A stretch of DNA of 63,986 nucleotides, counting the filler, from an uncultured bacterium (GTDB lineage Bacteria; Hinthialibacterota; Hinthialibacteria; Hinthialibacterales; Hinthialibacteraceae), in assembly GCA_964449065.1 (NCBI GenBank). It is 8 parts of 8 records of this genome, joined end to end, with 100 filler letters (N's around TTAATTAATTAA, not from the genome) between each part and the next. Parts side by side here need not be neighbours in the genome. Positions count along the whole stretch, not along the records: positions 1 to 7,988 come from CAYVAZ010000239.1; positions 8,089 to 16,059 come from CAYVAZ010000240.1; 6 more parts are not named here. One strand, given 5' to 3'. This document shows, piece after piece, positions 1 to 10,601 of this stretch. The stretch's first letter is position 1. Each line of letters starts with the position of its first letter. A model generated the notes under the pieces. That model made no database searches. It had not been told where the DNA came from and was given only the letters and a program-made list of their open reading frames with translations. Both the position numbers and the translations under genes were made by a program.

Positions 1-45
1 TGATTTGTAATCAGTCGGTCGAGAGTTCGAGTCTCTTCTCCAGCT
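1..45 (+). tRNA. tRNA-Thr(TGT), 3' half only (truncated at window start; no encoded CCA)
   Basis: TGA-TT-TGT-AA-TCAG anticodon arm, T-arm GAGAG-TTCGAGT-CTCTT, acceptor 3' strand CTCCAGC+T. Confidence 0.85.
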
Positions 46-397
46 TCTTTATTTCACTTAACTTACGTCACTTCTTCCAACTTCTTGTTTTTAAAAAGTA
101 ACCAGAGAGTAACTGCCGGAACATCCTTTCAGTTTTCATTCATCTTTCTCAGGGAATCCCCCTTTTTTTTCTGTTCTTGCTTCTGCCGGATCAATGCCTG
201 AATCCGGTAGTTTTCATTATAATATTATAACCTAAATCAATTCCAAAATGCGGTCACAAAACGGTTGCTGGGTATACGGTTTTGGGGAATGTTGCTCCAG
301 CGAGTTTAAGTACCCCTATCCCCAAAAATTCTTGAAACCGATTTACATGAATATACCCGCATGAACTTTTGCCGGGGGGGGAATTTGGTATTGCGGA

Positions 398-968
398 TCA
401 CACCTCATACATTTTCATGACTTCATCGCCAAAGTGGTTGATGACTTTGACGGCGATCTTGCTGGATTCCGGTTTGTCGAAGGGGTAACTTTTGGTGGAG
501 TATTAGGCATCACAGGCTTCTTTGTTGATTTCGGCTTTGAGGGCACGTTTGAGTTTGTCAAAGGGTTAATCCGCTCCGGTGAAGTAGGCGTGGCGGACGA
601 AGAAACTCTCTTCGTTGTAATCGGTATCGATGAACCAGCAGGCGATCTCATACGTAGTGTTGCTGCGGATTTCTCCGGTGGTGGGGTTGTAGATATCGAG
701 ACCTTTGATTTCAACCTCATATTTGACGTCTTTGCGTTGGTTGAGTTGAATATCCGGCTCTCCGAAGGCAATGAACAGGTTGCTGGAACCGGTCTTTTTG
801 AGCAAATCTTCATCCATTGAAATATCGTTGTTCATGCGGACGGGCAACACCTTTAAGTTGCCGTATTTTTTCACGTCATCATAAACATGCGATTCAAACG
901 CGAAACCGCAGACCAACAGCAAATCATAGCCGATACCTTGCACCGCTTCTTTGGCCGCATCTTTATAC
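398..968 (-). pseudogene. C-terminal remnant of a site-specific DNA methyltransferase (type III Mod-like)
   Basis: One frame reads KDAAKEAVQGIGYDLLLVCGFAFE...ACWFIDTDYNEESFFVRHAYFTGAD*PFDKLKRALKAEINKEACDA*YSTKSYPFDKPESSKIAVKVINHFGDEVMKMYEV*; in-frame stops at 566-568 and 503-505; 5' part missing. Confidence 0.8.
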
Positions 969-1012
969 TGTGCGCGCTAATTGTCAACAGTTTGAATGTA
1001 ACACCTTTAATG

Positions 1013-1187
1013 GTAACAGGTCAGCGATATGAAGTGCATTTTCAAAAAATCGAATCGATTTCCTCATTCCTCCCCCAATGCAATGGGGGAGGCTAGGTGG
1101 GGGTTAAACGCTCAATGCTTCAAACCCTCCCCGAACCCCTCCCACCTTTGGGAGGGGAAATTTCTCTTCAAGCGGCTGACCTATTAC
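1013..1187. mobile_element. 175-bp MITE with IS66-like ends (family C)
   Basis: TIRs GTAACAGGTCAGC/GCTGACCTATTAC; 8-bp direct repeat CTTTAATG at 1005-1012 and 1188-1195; second copy begins at 48180. Confidence 0.85.
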
Positions 1188-1431
1188 CTTTAATGTAACA
1201 CCACACTAATAAAGACGGTAACTCCAATTATATGTACACGTCGGAATATTCACTTGTTATATATTGGAATACTCAGGTCATATTTATTATTATTCCTGTA
1301 CCTACTGAACCTTTGAATATCATACTTTCTCTGCATTTGGGAGCGTAAGGGTATGTGAGTAAAAGTAATATTTGTGAGATAAGATATTCCATTCAATCCG
1401 TTCTTTCGGTGAACATCTATATGAGATTTAA

Positions 1432-4125
1432 TCATCTTTTCTTACTGTCCATGACAAAATGATCAATCTCATTGTCCTCTAAGTCATAGGCTGTCCAAAA
1501 CAGTTTCTGATTCTTGATTTGCATGATGACATAATGGTGTATGGGGATGGATTGATCCCAAAAGCCCCAATCAGCGGTTCGATGACCAGATAAACTTGGA
1601 TCATCAATAATGCCGCCCGCACCACCTATAATTGTGTAGCGAACACCGTTTTGGTCACCGCGAAGGTAATAGTCTACATCCGCATTGATGACTAAATCAA
1701 TGTTATATTTTTCAAATAACGGGACCCAATATTTGCGTACTGATTCTGAACCATTGTATTCAGGTTTAACATTATGATAAAAATCTGTGAATGGGGGTTC
1801 TGCAAAGAGAACAATCCGGAAATCTGCATTTTGGGTTGATTCTTTTTCCAAGTGTTGGATGAGCCATTCTGTTTGAACATTGCCTTCATTTGGTAAGTCA
1901 CGCACGAAGTCAGAATTTACAAATATAAACTCGGAATGATTTAACCGTATTGAATAATAATTTCCATAATTCGGGAAACGATTATAACGGTATTTATGCT
2001 GGATTATTTTGATCACTTCTTCAATTCCCAAGAAATAATGTGAATGCAATGTACCCAATGAATAAAAATGGGGAATCGATTGGATAAGATCGAAATCAGT
2101 TAGTGGTGTGTAATGATACTGCTTCTGACTAGAAAATGTACTCACTTCCATACGGCCTGGTGTGAGCAGCATAAATGGTTTATGTTTTGAGAGCCGTTCT
2201 AAAATAGTTGTAAATGTATCTATGTAATCTGCGCTGTTGCCATAGAGAGCAATATTTCCTTCATTCGATGTCAAATCGGGGTGAATAAATTCAAATATCT
2301 CACTATTATTGTTTCCAACTCCCACTTGATATTGATATTTTTCGTTTACATTTAGATTCTCTAATTCAGTGTGGTAGATATATCCCCAACTAGCTGAACT
2401 CGATGTGTATATCTTGGATAAAGGGACATCTGTGAGATCATTTTTTCCCCAAGAAAAAGTAGGATAGTGCAAATTGCTTTCTGAACTCCAAAATATGCGC
2501 ATGGTACCAGCGTCTTTGTATTCGATATAAGGACCGATTGCAATTTCTGAGTTTTGGTTGATTGAAACCGGCTCAATTGTAAAATTCGTATTTAAGAGTT
2601 TGATGATATGGTCGATTTGCAATGGGTTTTGCGTTGCAATCGAAAGTTGAATATAACGGGTACTTATTGGAATAAGCCCTTGCGCATGGGGATAACTATT
2701 GATCTGATGCAACAAATCGTTTTGGTCATCATAAAATTCAATTACCGTGTTATTAAAGTTATAATGTATGTTCGGAATGAATTTAGTTCCATAAAAATAC
2801 TGTAACCCCTGTTGAATATCATGGCTTTGAATGCCCAAACGGTCTAAATGAATGGTTTGCCGTATTTTCCATTCGTTTCCTGTTTCATCCAGCACCAGCC
2901 TTTTCATGTGAATATGCCTGTGCAATGGGTCTTCGTTTTGATCCGCAATGTGAATCGAGGGGGAACCCGAAACAACGTCCCAACCCGAAAAGCCATCGAT
3001 AAATGCATTGTTCTGAATGACATTGATGCCATAATTTTTGTTTAACGGTGAACTGGGATTATGAATTGTAAACGGTTCAGAAACAGCCATCATTGATTCA
3101 TCATGCAGCCATATCACCTTGATTTGATAATGACTTCCTTGTTCCGTCATTAATGAGACCGGCCATGTGAATTGTCGATCATCTATTTTCTGATATCCGA
3201 TATGCTGATAAAATGATTCGTCTTGGCATAGTTCCACCCGCACGATCCCCTGGGTAATATTGCTTTGCCATTGGATGGTTTGTTCTTGTCCAACTGAAGT
3301 GGTTGTTGGCTTGTATACGGTTTCGATGTAAGGAGAAGACTTGTCATTGGTGTAGGTGAACGGTATATTCCCGGCGGTGCTTGTTCCTAACTCCTTCAGT
3401 GTTTCATCAGTCAATATGTCTTGTACGATTTGGATACAACTTACATATCCATCTGAATATTCGTTGATATCCGCGAAGAGCAGGATTGGGTTTCCAAACC
3501 CTATAACATCAATTCCCAGTAATTCATTTGATTGTTCGAATATTCCATCACAAAAAAATCTATATAGCTTATTCTGTGCATGATAAGTAAGGGCGATCCG
3601 GTTCCATTGGTTGTACTGAAATGATCCTCTGATTATATTCTTGGGGCGTATATCTTCGCGAAAAACGCCGCTATGAAATCCATAAAAAAATTCTGCAAAT
3701 TCACCATACCGGCCCACCATCCAGTCGGCTTCGTCGTAGAAGTCATTAGGGGCATCATACTTCGTATCAATATTCATAAGCCCGATTCTGCCGCCGTTGG
3801 ATTTCGGAATCTTAATATCCATGAGTATCGTATATTGATTATCGATTCTTGTATTTATATCGGATAGAAAATTATGGTAGAGTTTGAAGAAGGTGCCTTT
3901 TCCAAAATACATCACTTCCGTGCTGATCCCATTGATGGTGTCTTTGACAAATTTCACTTCTGGTTCATGGTCTTCTAAGAGATGTGAGGGGATGAGAGGA
4001 GGGTTTCCGGTTGATGACAGTAAATTCCCGTCCAGATTCCATTGTGCAACTTGAGCGAATGCTTGCAGTATTGTAATTTGTCCTAGACAAATCACAATCA
4101 AAGCGAAATAGTATAGTTTCATCAA
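1432..4125 (-). CDS. Secreted multidomain protein: LamG-like, Ig-like, jelly-roll, PAP N-terminal FN3 and a degenerate metallophosphoesterase domain
   Basis: 897-aa ORF with signal peptide; C-terminal PAP-like text (YYSIRLNHSEFIFVNSD, WVPLFEKYNIDLVI, YTIIGGAGG) with substituted metal motifs. Confidence 0.8.
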   Translation of the reverse strand: MMKLYYFALIVICLGQITILQAFAQVAQWNLDGNLLSSTGNPPLIPSHLLEDHEPEVKFVKDTINGISTEVMYFGKGTFFKLYHNFLSDINTRIDNQYTILMDIKIPKSNGGRIGLMNIDTKYDAPNDFYDEADWMVGRYGEFAEFFYGFHSGVFREDIRPKNIIRGSFQYNQWNRIALTYHAQNKLYRFFCDGIFEQSNELLGIDVIGFGNPILLFADINEYSDGYVSCIQIVQDILTDETLKELGTSTAGNIPFTYTNDKSSPYIETVYKPTTTSVGQEQTIQWQSNITQGIVRVELCQDESFYQHIGYQKIDDRQFTWPVSLMTEQGSHYQIKVIWLHDESMMAVSEPFTIHNPSSPLNKNYGINVIQNNAFIDGFSGWDVVSGSPSIHIADQNEDPLHRHIHMKRLVLDETGNEWKIRQTIHLDRLGIQSHDIQQGLQYFYGTKFIPNIHYNFNNTVIEFYDDQNDLLHQINSYPHAQGLIPISTRYIQLSIATQNPLQIDHIIKLLNTNFTIEPVSINQNSEIAIGPYIEYKDAGTMRIFWSSESNLHYPTFSWGKNDLTDVPLSKIYTSSSASWGYIYHTELENLNVNEKYQYQVGVGNNNSEIFEFIHPDLTSNEGNIALYGNSADYIDTFTTILERLSKHKPFMLLTPGRMEVSTFSSQKQYHYTPLTDFDLIQSIPHFYSLGTLHSHYFLGIEEVIKIIQHKYRYNRFPNYGNYYSIRLNHSEFIFVNSDFVRDLPNEGNVQTEWLIQHLEKESTQNADFRIVLFAEPPFTDFYHNVKPEYNGSESVRKYWVPLFEKYNIDLVINADVDYYLRGDQNGVRYTIIGGAGGIIDDPSLSGHRTADWGFWDQSIPIHHYVIMQIKNQKLFWTAYDLEDNEIDHFVMDSKKR

Positions 4126-4154
4126 GAAGACTCCAATTTACGATCTAAATCTAT

Positions 4155-7100
4155 ATGAATAAGAGCCAACTATTACGCCCGTTACTTTTTGCAATTGTGC
4201 AAATGTTGCCGATCACTTCTTTTGCTCACACATGGACTGAGAGAGAAATGATTACGTTCGATAGTTCGTTCTATTGTACAGAACTTACCGAACATTTAAA
4301 CCTGCAAAATGAAGTCATTTTTGATATTGATTTTGATCCAAACGGTCAAATATGGTTGGCTGCATCAAACGGCATTTATCGATACGATGAGTATCATTGT
4401 TTCAAGATAACCAATCCAACACCGGAAGCCAGCCAGCCTGTTTTGTCCATTCTTGCCAACGATGATTATTTGGTGTATTCGACACTGGGAGAGGTTGGCA
4501 TCTTTCGGGAGGGTGTTTATGCAAGTCTGAATGAATATTTGTTTCATTTCGATCGTATCTGGAAAGACAAGCATGATATTTATTTATTGAGTTCGAAAGA
4601 AGATGGAGGATTGTTCCGCATCCATAAAGGCAATGAAGGTTATGAACTTCAACGTCTATTACAAACCGCCTTGTTCGATGCGTTAAAAACAGAAGAAACC
4701 ACGTGGCTGCTTGCAGGCGAAAAAGGCTTGCATCGTTGGCAGCCGGAAAAAGAGCCGGTCCCGCTTAACGGAATCGCAAGCAAGCACACGTTCAGCCGCA
4801 TTCTACAGAGCAATCTAGGTATTATTCTGCTTGACCAATCCAATCAATTGTTCCTTCTTGAAGACCATCAACTTGTTCCTGTCAATGAAGAATATTCGTA
4901 CCAAAGCATTCTCCTTGATTCCAATGGATATTTATCCGCAATCCGGCTTTCCACATCCAATGAAATCATTCTGGATCAATGGAATGATTCATCGTTCCGG
5001 TCTATATCAAGCGGGTACATGCTTCGATACGATCAAAGTCTATTGGAAACGAAACTGGCACCCGATGGAGCATTGTGGATTGTAGGAAAACAACTGGTTT
5101 TGCGTTGGACTCGACATCAGCAAGAGTGGCATGAATNNNNNNNNNNGGTTTTATGGCTCGAATGAAAGGATGAGTCTGGATATGAACGAAAGGATTTTTC
5201 ATCAGGATGAACCGGTAGAAGACGACCGCCACTTTCGTGTAGTCAAACATATCAATGGGAAAAAGGATGTGTTGGATGAAACAGAACTGCTGCGGCAAAC
5301 GGGCATTTCACATATTGCTGACGCCGCTTTTGACATCAGAGGTCATTTATTGGTTTGCGGATACGGCGAAATGGCCAATCCTCTTTTGGCCAAATATGCA
5401 CAAACGTGGGAAGCACAACCTTTGGATGATTTACAAGGAAGATACGTAAAACAAATCGCGGTGGATGCTCAGAACCAAGTTTGGTATCTGCTTCGTACCA
5501 TAGATCAAAGAGATTGGTATCAGTATTCTATAGGCACCGTGGATAACGGCAGCTGGGCGGAGACCCCTGTCAGCATAAATGGTAATTACTTCACAAAACG
5601 CAATCTTTGGGTTGATCACAACCTACGGCTTTGGCTGTGGGACCGGTCGTTGGGGGTATACTCTTTCCGGATTCCCGAACTCCAATACTGTTCATTTGAT
5701 GATTCTAAAATGGTTCCAAAACTTCATCTTCATGTTATTCAACAAGGTTTTGAGATGACGGGACGAAGAACATTCGCGGATGGCTTACAAGTTCAGAATG
5801 AACTGTGGGTGAGTATCCATACAGAATCATCGAAGAAAGGCGTATTGCTTCGGTATCGAAGCAAAGAAAACCAAACCGCGTATGAGGTTGATTATGTCGT
5901 TCATCCGTATATGACGAGGCTGAGGGATGGTAGTATACTGTCCAATGGAAAAAATGGGTATTACCTATTCAATGAGCATACGAATGACGGTCCCTTATTG
6001 ATTAACCTGCCTATCAAAGGTGATATCACAAGTGCTGTGCAGGAGCCTAACGGTACGCTCTGGATTGGAATTGAGAATCCCATTAAAGGGAAAACCGTGC
6101 TCCGGTACCGTCCAGACCGCGTTCCACCCAACACCCGGTTTACCGCTAGTTCTGCTGATTTGTTTCCCGAGGAACAGATTACATTTGAGTGGACAGGGGC
6201 TGAAAAATTTAAACCGAAATCGCAATCACTGCGGTATGCCTGGCGTATCGATGATGATGAATGGAGCCCGTATTCAAAGGAAACTCGACTTTCGCTTACG
6301 CATGGAGAAATCGCTTCAGGAAAACATATCCTGCAAGTCAAAACACGTGATAGCGGCTTTGATGATGACACAACTCCCGCTTCGTTTGCATTTGTAGTCC
6401 ATGCCGTTCCCATCCAAAATCAGGCATGGTTTATGCCAACCATTTTGATCACCTTCATTATTATTTTGCTCTTAACGGGGTTGCTGCTTCTTTCCAGAAT
6501 TAAAGTGAGGCAATACGCAATGGCGTTAGAAGGCATAGTGGAAACACGGTCGAAAGAACTCAAAACCACCCAAAGCCACTTGCTGGAAATCAGCGAGCGC
6601 GAACAAACCCGCATCGGCCATGAATTGCATGATGGAGTCGTGCAAGATTTAACCGCCGCCGCCATTGTTGGGAGTACAATTATCAAAAATGTGGAAGAAT
6701 ATTCCACCAAAGATGCTAAAGAAGTCAGGGAACTGATTGAGTTGATTGACAATACTACCTTGAAAACTCGTCAGCTGGCGCGGGGATTGTCGCCCATCAA
6801 TCTGGATGAAATTGGATTGCTTAGCGCGTTGAAAACACTTGCTGTCCAAATTTCGAAACAATACGGCTTGATCTGTGAGTGCGTATTTTCATCGGATATC
6901 CGGATCCAGCAGCATGAAAAAGAACACCACTTGTACCGTATCATCCAAGAAGCCGCAACAAACGCCGCCAAACACGCCCGGGCTGACAATATTGTTATCT
7001 TTTTTACCACCGGTGAAAACGCGTTGATCATTACGGTTGAAGATAACGGCTGCGGATTTGATATCCATAAACGCAATTCTGATAATATGGGGGTTGAAAT

Positions 7101-7197
7101 CATGAAATACCGCGCCAAAGCGGTTCAAGCCGAATTGGATATTCGCAGTCAGCCCGGTGAAGGCACCAAAATTGTATGTAAAGTACCACTGCCCTAA
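4155..7197 (+). CDS. Sensor histidine kinase: periplasmic beta-propeller and Y_Y_Y-like domain, TM, HisKA_3, HATPase_c; interrupted by a 10-N gap at 5137-5146
   Basis: ORFs 4155-5165 and 5131-7197 meet at the N gap; EREQTRIGHELHDGVVQDL, QEAATNAAKHA, DNGCGF, GEGTKI motifs. Confidence 0.88.
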
Positions 7198-7215
7198 ACA
7201 GTGGATTGCAAATCG

Positions 7216-7238
7216 TTTGTGGGGCGTATCCCCACAAA
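7216..7238. promoter_or_regulatory. Palindromic putative response-regulator operator
   Basis: TTTGTGGGG-CGTAT-CCCCACAAA; near-identical copy at 7958-7979. Confidence 0.55.
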
Positions 7239-7294
7239 AAATCAGTATTTTTCCGTATTGTAATGTTCAACAATTGTGAGTAACCTCATTTATT

Positions 7295-7947
7295 ATGATA
7301 ACTGACTCCACAAAAAAGTTTTGCTCGTCGATGATCACCCGCTGATCCGGTCCGGCTTGGCGCGGATCATCGATCTTTCCGGTGAGTTTTGTGTATGCGC
7401 CGAAGCCGGTTCATACGAAGAAGCCGTTGAGCATATCTCGAACGCCCAACCCGATTTGATTGTTCTCGATTTGCATTTGGAAGGCAAAAGCGGATTTGAT
7501 CTTCTTCAGTATAACATCTCGAAGCAAATCCACGTTCCCGTTTTAGTGGTTTCCATGCATGATGAACCCTTATATGTGGAACGGGTGTTTAAATTGGGTG
7601 CAAAGGGCTATTTACTCAAACGCGAAACCATCGATCATGTAGTGGATGCGTTGCGGCAGATTGTCAGCGGCCATGTCTACACCAGCGATATCTTATCTGA
7701 GAACATGTTTAAATTGATGAACCGGAATGGAGAGGGCGAAGAAATCAATCCCGATTTACTGCTGAGCCGGCGTGAATCTGAGATCTTTCTGCTGATCGCG
7801 AACGGCAAAAACCGCATCGAAATCGCCGAACTATTGCATATCAGCAAAAAAACGGTAGAAACCCACTTCGAACGCATCAAATCCAAACTCCACGTCGATT
7901 CCAGCTTCAAACTCACCTACCGCGCTATCAAGCATCATCTCAAGTAG
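7295..7947 (+). CDS. NarL/LuxR-family response regulator; natural ATG at 7295 is one base out of frame (A6 run 7312-7317); in-frame ORF from TTG 7321
   Basis: LVDDH, DLIVLD, GAKGYLLK receiver motifs; LSRRESEIF...ISKKTVETH LuxR HTH. Confidence 0.9.
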
Positions 7948-7957
7948 TTACGCTTGC

Positions 7958-7988
7958 TTTGTAGGGCGTATCCCCACAACCCTGTGGG
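7958..7988. promoter_or_regulatory. Second copy of the palindromic operator plus the start of a tandem box, cut by the contig end
   Basis: TTTGTAGGG-CGTAT-CCCCACAAC followed by CCTGTGGG. Confidence 0.5.
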
Positions 7989-8088
7989 NNNNNNNNNNNN
8001 NNNNNNNNNNNNNNNNNNNNNNNNNNNNNNNNTTAATTAATTAANNNNNNNNNNNNNNNNNNNNNNNNNNNNNNNNNNNNNNNNNNNN
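7989..8088. other. Artificial contig linker (same at 16060, 24126, 32188, 40243, 48235, 56224)
   Basis: N44-TTAATTAATTAA-N44, which puts stops in all frames; contig lengths descend 7971, 7966, 7962, 7955, 7892, 7889. Confidence 0.97.
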
Positions 8089-8247
8089 GCCATAGCATCC
8101 CGTGCGGGGAACTTAGAAACAGCAACGCATTTTCATATTATGTCGTGTGTGGAGTGCGGATCATGCGCCTATACCTGCCCGGCCAGTATTCCGTTGGTGC
8201 AACTCATCCGCACCGGCAAAGTGATGATTCGCGATCAACAGCATTAA
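8089..8247 (+). CDS. rnfC: Rnf complex subunit C, 3' end only
   Basis: Translates ...IMSCVECGSCAYTCPASIPLVQLIRTGK...* directly upstream of rnfD. Confidence 0.9.
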   Translation, partial: AIASRAGNLETATHFHIMSCVECGSCAYTCPASIPLVQLIRTGKVMIRDQQH

Positions 8248-8276
8248 AAAAAGCAATCGCATTGAATGGAATCAAC

Positions 8277-9287
8277 ATGGTTACAACTACACAGCCTAAT
8301 CAAGTTCCGAAACCGGCCGAACCAAAAGGGCCTTCGTATCATGTGGCGCCGTCTCCGCATATCTTTAATACCGCTATATCCACGCGCTGGATGATGTATG
8401 ACGTGGTGATCGGTTTATTGCCCGTAATTGTCATGTCCATCGTTTTCTTTCATCATTACGCGGTGATTCAATTGCTGATTTGCACGATCTCGTGTATGGC
8501 ATCCGAAGCGGTGTTTGCCAAAATGCGGGGCAGAGCCGCTTCCTTAACCGATGGGTCCGCCGCGGTAACAGGCATGATCTTGGGTTTATCTCTTCCCTGG
8601 CAGGCCCCGATTTACGTGTCGGTTCTCAGTTCAGTCGTTGCAATTGGTTTAGGTAAGGCTGTATTCGGCGGGTTGGGGCTGAACATCTTTAATCCGGCAA
8701 TGGTGGGACGCGCGTTTGTGATGCTGAGTTTCCCATCCGATACAGGAGCGGCGGCTTACATTAACCCGAATAGCGTGACACAAATTATGACGCAGGCTAC
8801 CCCTCTTTCTGCCGCAAAATCACAGGCAGAAGCGATTCCGGATCTATGGCCTCTATTGATTGGATCACATAACGGTTCACTGGGTGAAACCAGTGTGTTG
8901 GCTTGTTTGATTGGCGGCGCGTACCTTTGCTACCGCCGCTCGGCTTCTTGGGAAATCCCCGTCAGTATGCTGTTATCGGTATCAATGGTTAGCTACATTC
9001 TTGAAATTGCGGGATTATCTCCCTTAACGGTCTTGCAGCAACTCGCCAGCGGCTCGATGTTTTTTGGCGCTTTCTTTATCGCAACCGATCCGGTTAGCAG
9101 CCCGCTGACGGAAAAAGGGAAATGGATTTATGGCATCGGTATCGGTATTTTTACTGTAATCATTCGGACATTCAGCGGGTATCCGGAAGGGGTAATGTTC
9201 GCTGTGCTTTTGATGAATGCCGCTGTGCCGTTGATTAATCAATGGACCACACCACGACCGTTAGGAGGTGTTCTGTCTCATGCGTAG
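8277..9287 (+). CDS. rnfD: Rnf complex subunit D
   Basis: SPHI, FGGLGLNIFNPAMVGRAF, TQATPL (FMN Thr), GSLGETS, ATDPVSSP, YPEGVMFAVLLMN. Confidence 0.95.
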   Translation: MVTTTQPNQVPKPAEPKGPSYHVAPSPHIFNTAISTRWMMYDVVIGLLPVIVMSIVFFHHYAVIQLLICTISCMASEAVFAKMRGRAASLTDGSAAVTGMILGLSLPWQAPIYVSVLSSVVAIGLGKAVFGGLGLNIFNPAMVGRAFVMLSFPSDTGAAAYINPNSVTQIMTQATPLSAAKSQAEAIPDLWPLLIGSHNGSLGETSVLACLIGGAYLCYRRSASWEIPVSMLLSVSMVSYILEIAGLSPLTVLQQLASGSMFFGAFFIATDPVSSPLTEKGKWIYGIGIGIFTVIIRTFSGYPEGVMFAVLLMNAAVPLINQWTTPRPLGGVLSHA

Positions 9288-9870
9288 TTCACCGATTCAA
9301 TATATTCGCCAAGCCTGGTTGGTGTTGCTTCTGGCATTATTGTATGGAGCATCCCTAACCGGGGTGAAAATCTCCTTAAGCGACATCATCGCCGGAAATA
9401 AGCGGAACGAGACGTATAACGTAATACCGGATTTAGTGCCTGGAGCGGTGAAAGACCAGACGGAAGAACTCACGATCACCGGAAACGATGGAGAATCTCA
9501 AATTGTTTGGAAAGCCAACCAAGAAAATGGATCGCAAGTGGGGTGGGTGATTCCGGCAAGCGGACAGGGATTTGCCGACACGATTGAAATTATCATTGGC
9601 GTGAATCCAGAGTGTGATACGATAACCGGTCTATATGTGCTCAATCAAAAAGAAACTCCCGGTTTGGGGGATTACATCACTGGCCTTGATTTTCGCAGCC
9701 GGTTCAATGGAAAGACATTGGAATCTCCTTTAGAAGTATCTCGAACTGAAACGTCTGAACCAAATGAAATTCAGTCACTTAGCGGGGCAACAATTTCATC
9801 GGAAAGTATTTGCGACATCGTAAACAAAGCGATGAACAACTTAAAAGAACCTTTGCAAAACGCGTCTTAA
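9280..9870 (+). CDS. rnfG: Rnf complex subunit G
   Basis: ETPGLG and SGATISS flavinylation motif; operon position. Confidence 0.93.
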   Translation: MRSSPIQYIRQAWLVLLLALLYGASLTGVKISLSDIIAGNKRNETYNVIPDLVPGAVKDQTEELTITGNDGESQIVWKANQENGSQVGWVIPASGQGFADTIEIIIGVNPECDTITGLYVLNQKETPGLGDYITGLDFRSRFNGKTLESPLEVSRTETSEPNEIQSLSGATISSESICDIVNKAMNNLKEPLQNAS

Positions 9871-9897
9871 CGGTTGAACGTGTAATTGGAGAAGATT

Positions 9898-10590
9898 ATG
9901 AGTACAGACGGCCCCACAGCCCATGAACGGTTTATCAATGGCATTCTTCCGGAAAACCCGGTGTACCGTCAGTTGTTAGGGATGTGTCCGGTGCTGGCGG
10001 TTACCAACGGGATGAAGCCGGCGATGACAATGGCCCTGGCGACCGCGTTTGTGTTGCTGTCTGCCAACCTGATTGTCAGTATCATTCGCGGTCTGTTGAA
10101 ACCGCATTTGCGGATATTGGTGTTTACGCTGACGATTGCGACTTTTGTTACGCTTGTCGATCAATTCTTGGCGGCGTTTATGTATGAGATGAGCAAGCAG
10201 TTAGGACCTTATGTTCCGTTGATTATCGTGAACTGTTTGATCATTTCACGCTGTGAGATTTGCGCATCCAAACAAAGCGTATTTACCGCGTTATCGGATG
10301 CTGTGGGAATGTCGCTTGGGTTTGCGTTGGCTCTCGCCAGTATTGCGGGTGTGCGGGAAATTCTTGGTTCCGGCTCGTTCTTTGGTTTGACGATATTCCC
10401 CGAAGGCTTATGGGCGAATTGGGGCATCATGGTGTTGCCTCCAGGAGCATTTTTGACTCTAGGCGTATTGCTCGCCATTACCGAATGGTGGGGTATACGC
10501 AAGAAAAAAATAGCACAACATTGCGGATTGCATGAACATTGCGGAGAACAGGCGGAATGCGGCAGCGGTTCTGCCGACAATGCCAAATAG
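9898..10590 (+). CDS. rnfE: Rnf complex subunit E
   Basis: ENPV..LLGMCPVLAVT, PLIIVNC, REILGSG, LPPGAF. Confidence 0.95.
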   Translation: MSTDGPTAHERFINGILPENPVYRQLLGMCPVLAVTNGMKPAMTMALATAFVLLSANLIVSIIRGLLKPHLRILVFTLTIATFVTLVDQFLAAFMYEMSKQLGPYVPLIIVNCLIISRCEICASKQSVFTALSDAVGMSLGFALALASIAGVREILGSGSFFGLTIFPEGLWANWGIMVLPPGAFLTLGVLLAITEWWGIRKKKIAQHCGLHEHCGEQAECGSGSADNAK

Positions 10591-10601
10591 GATAAGCGAT
10601 T

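Noticed and set aside
415..820. ORFs 415-813 (-) and 434-820 (+)
   Set aside because: Shadow frames of the methyltransferase pseudogene
1250..1435. 61-aa ORF after the pseudo-phosphatase
   Set aside because: AT-rich, no motif or clear RBS; unsupported
4155..5165. Separate 336-aa gene or programmed frameshift
   Set aside because: The frame change coincides with a 10-N gap; one sensor kinase gene
8033..8044. TTAATTAATTAA recurring about every 8 kb
   Set aside because: Assembly linker embedded in Ns, not biological periodicity
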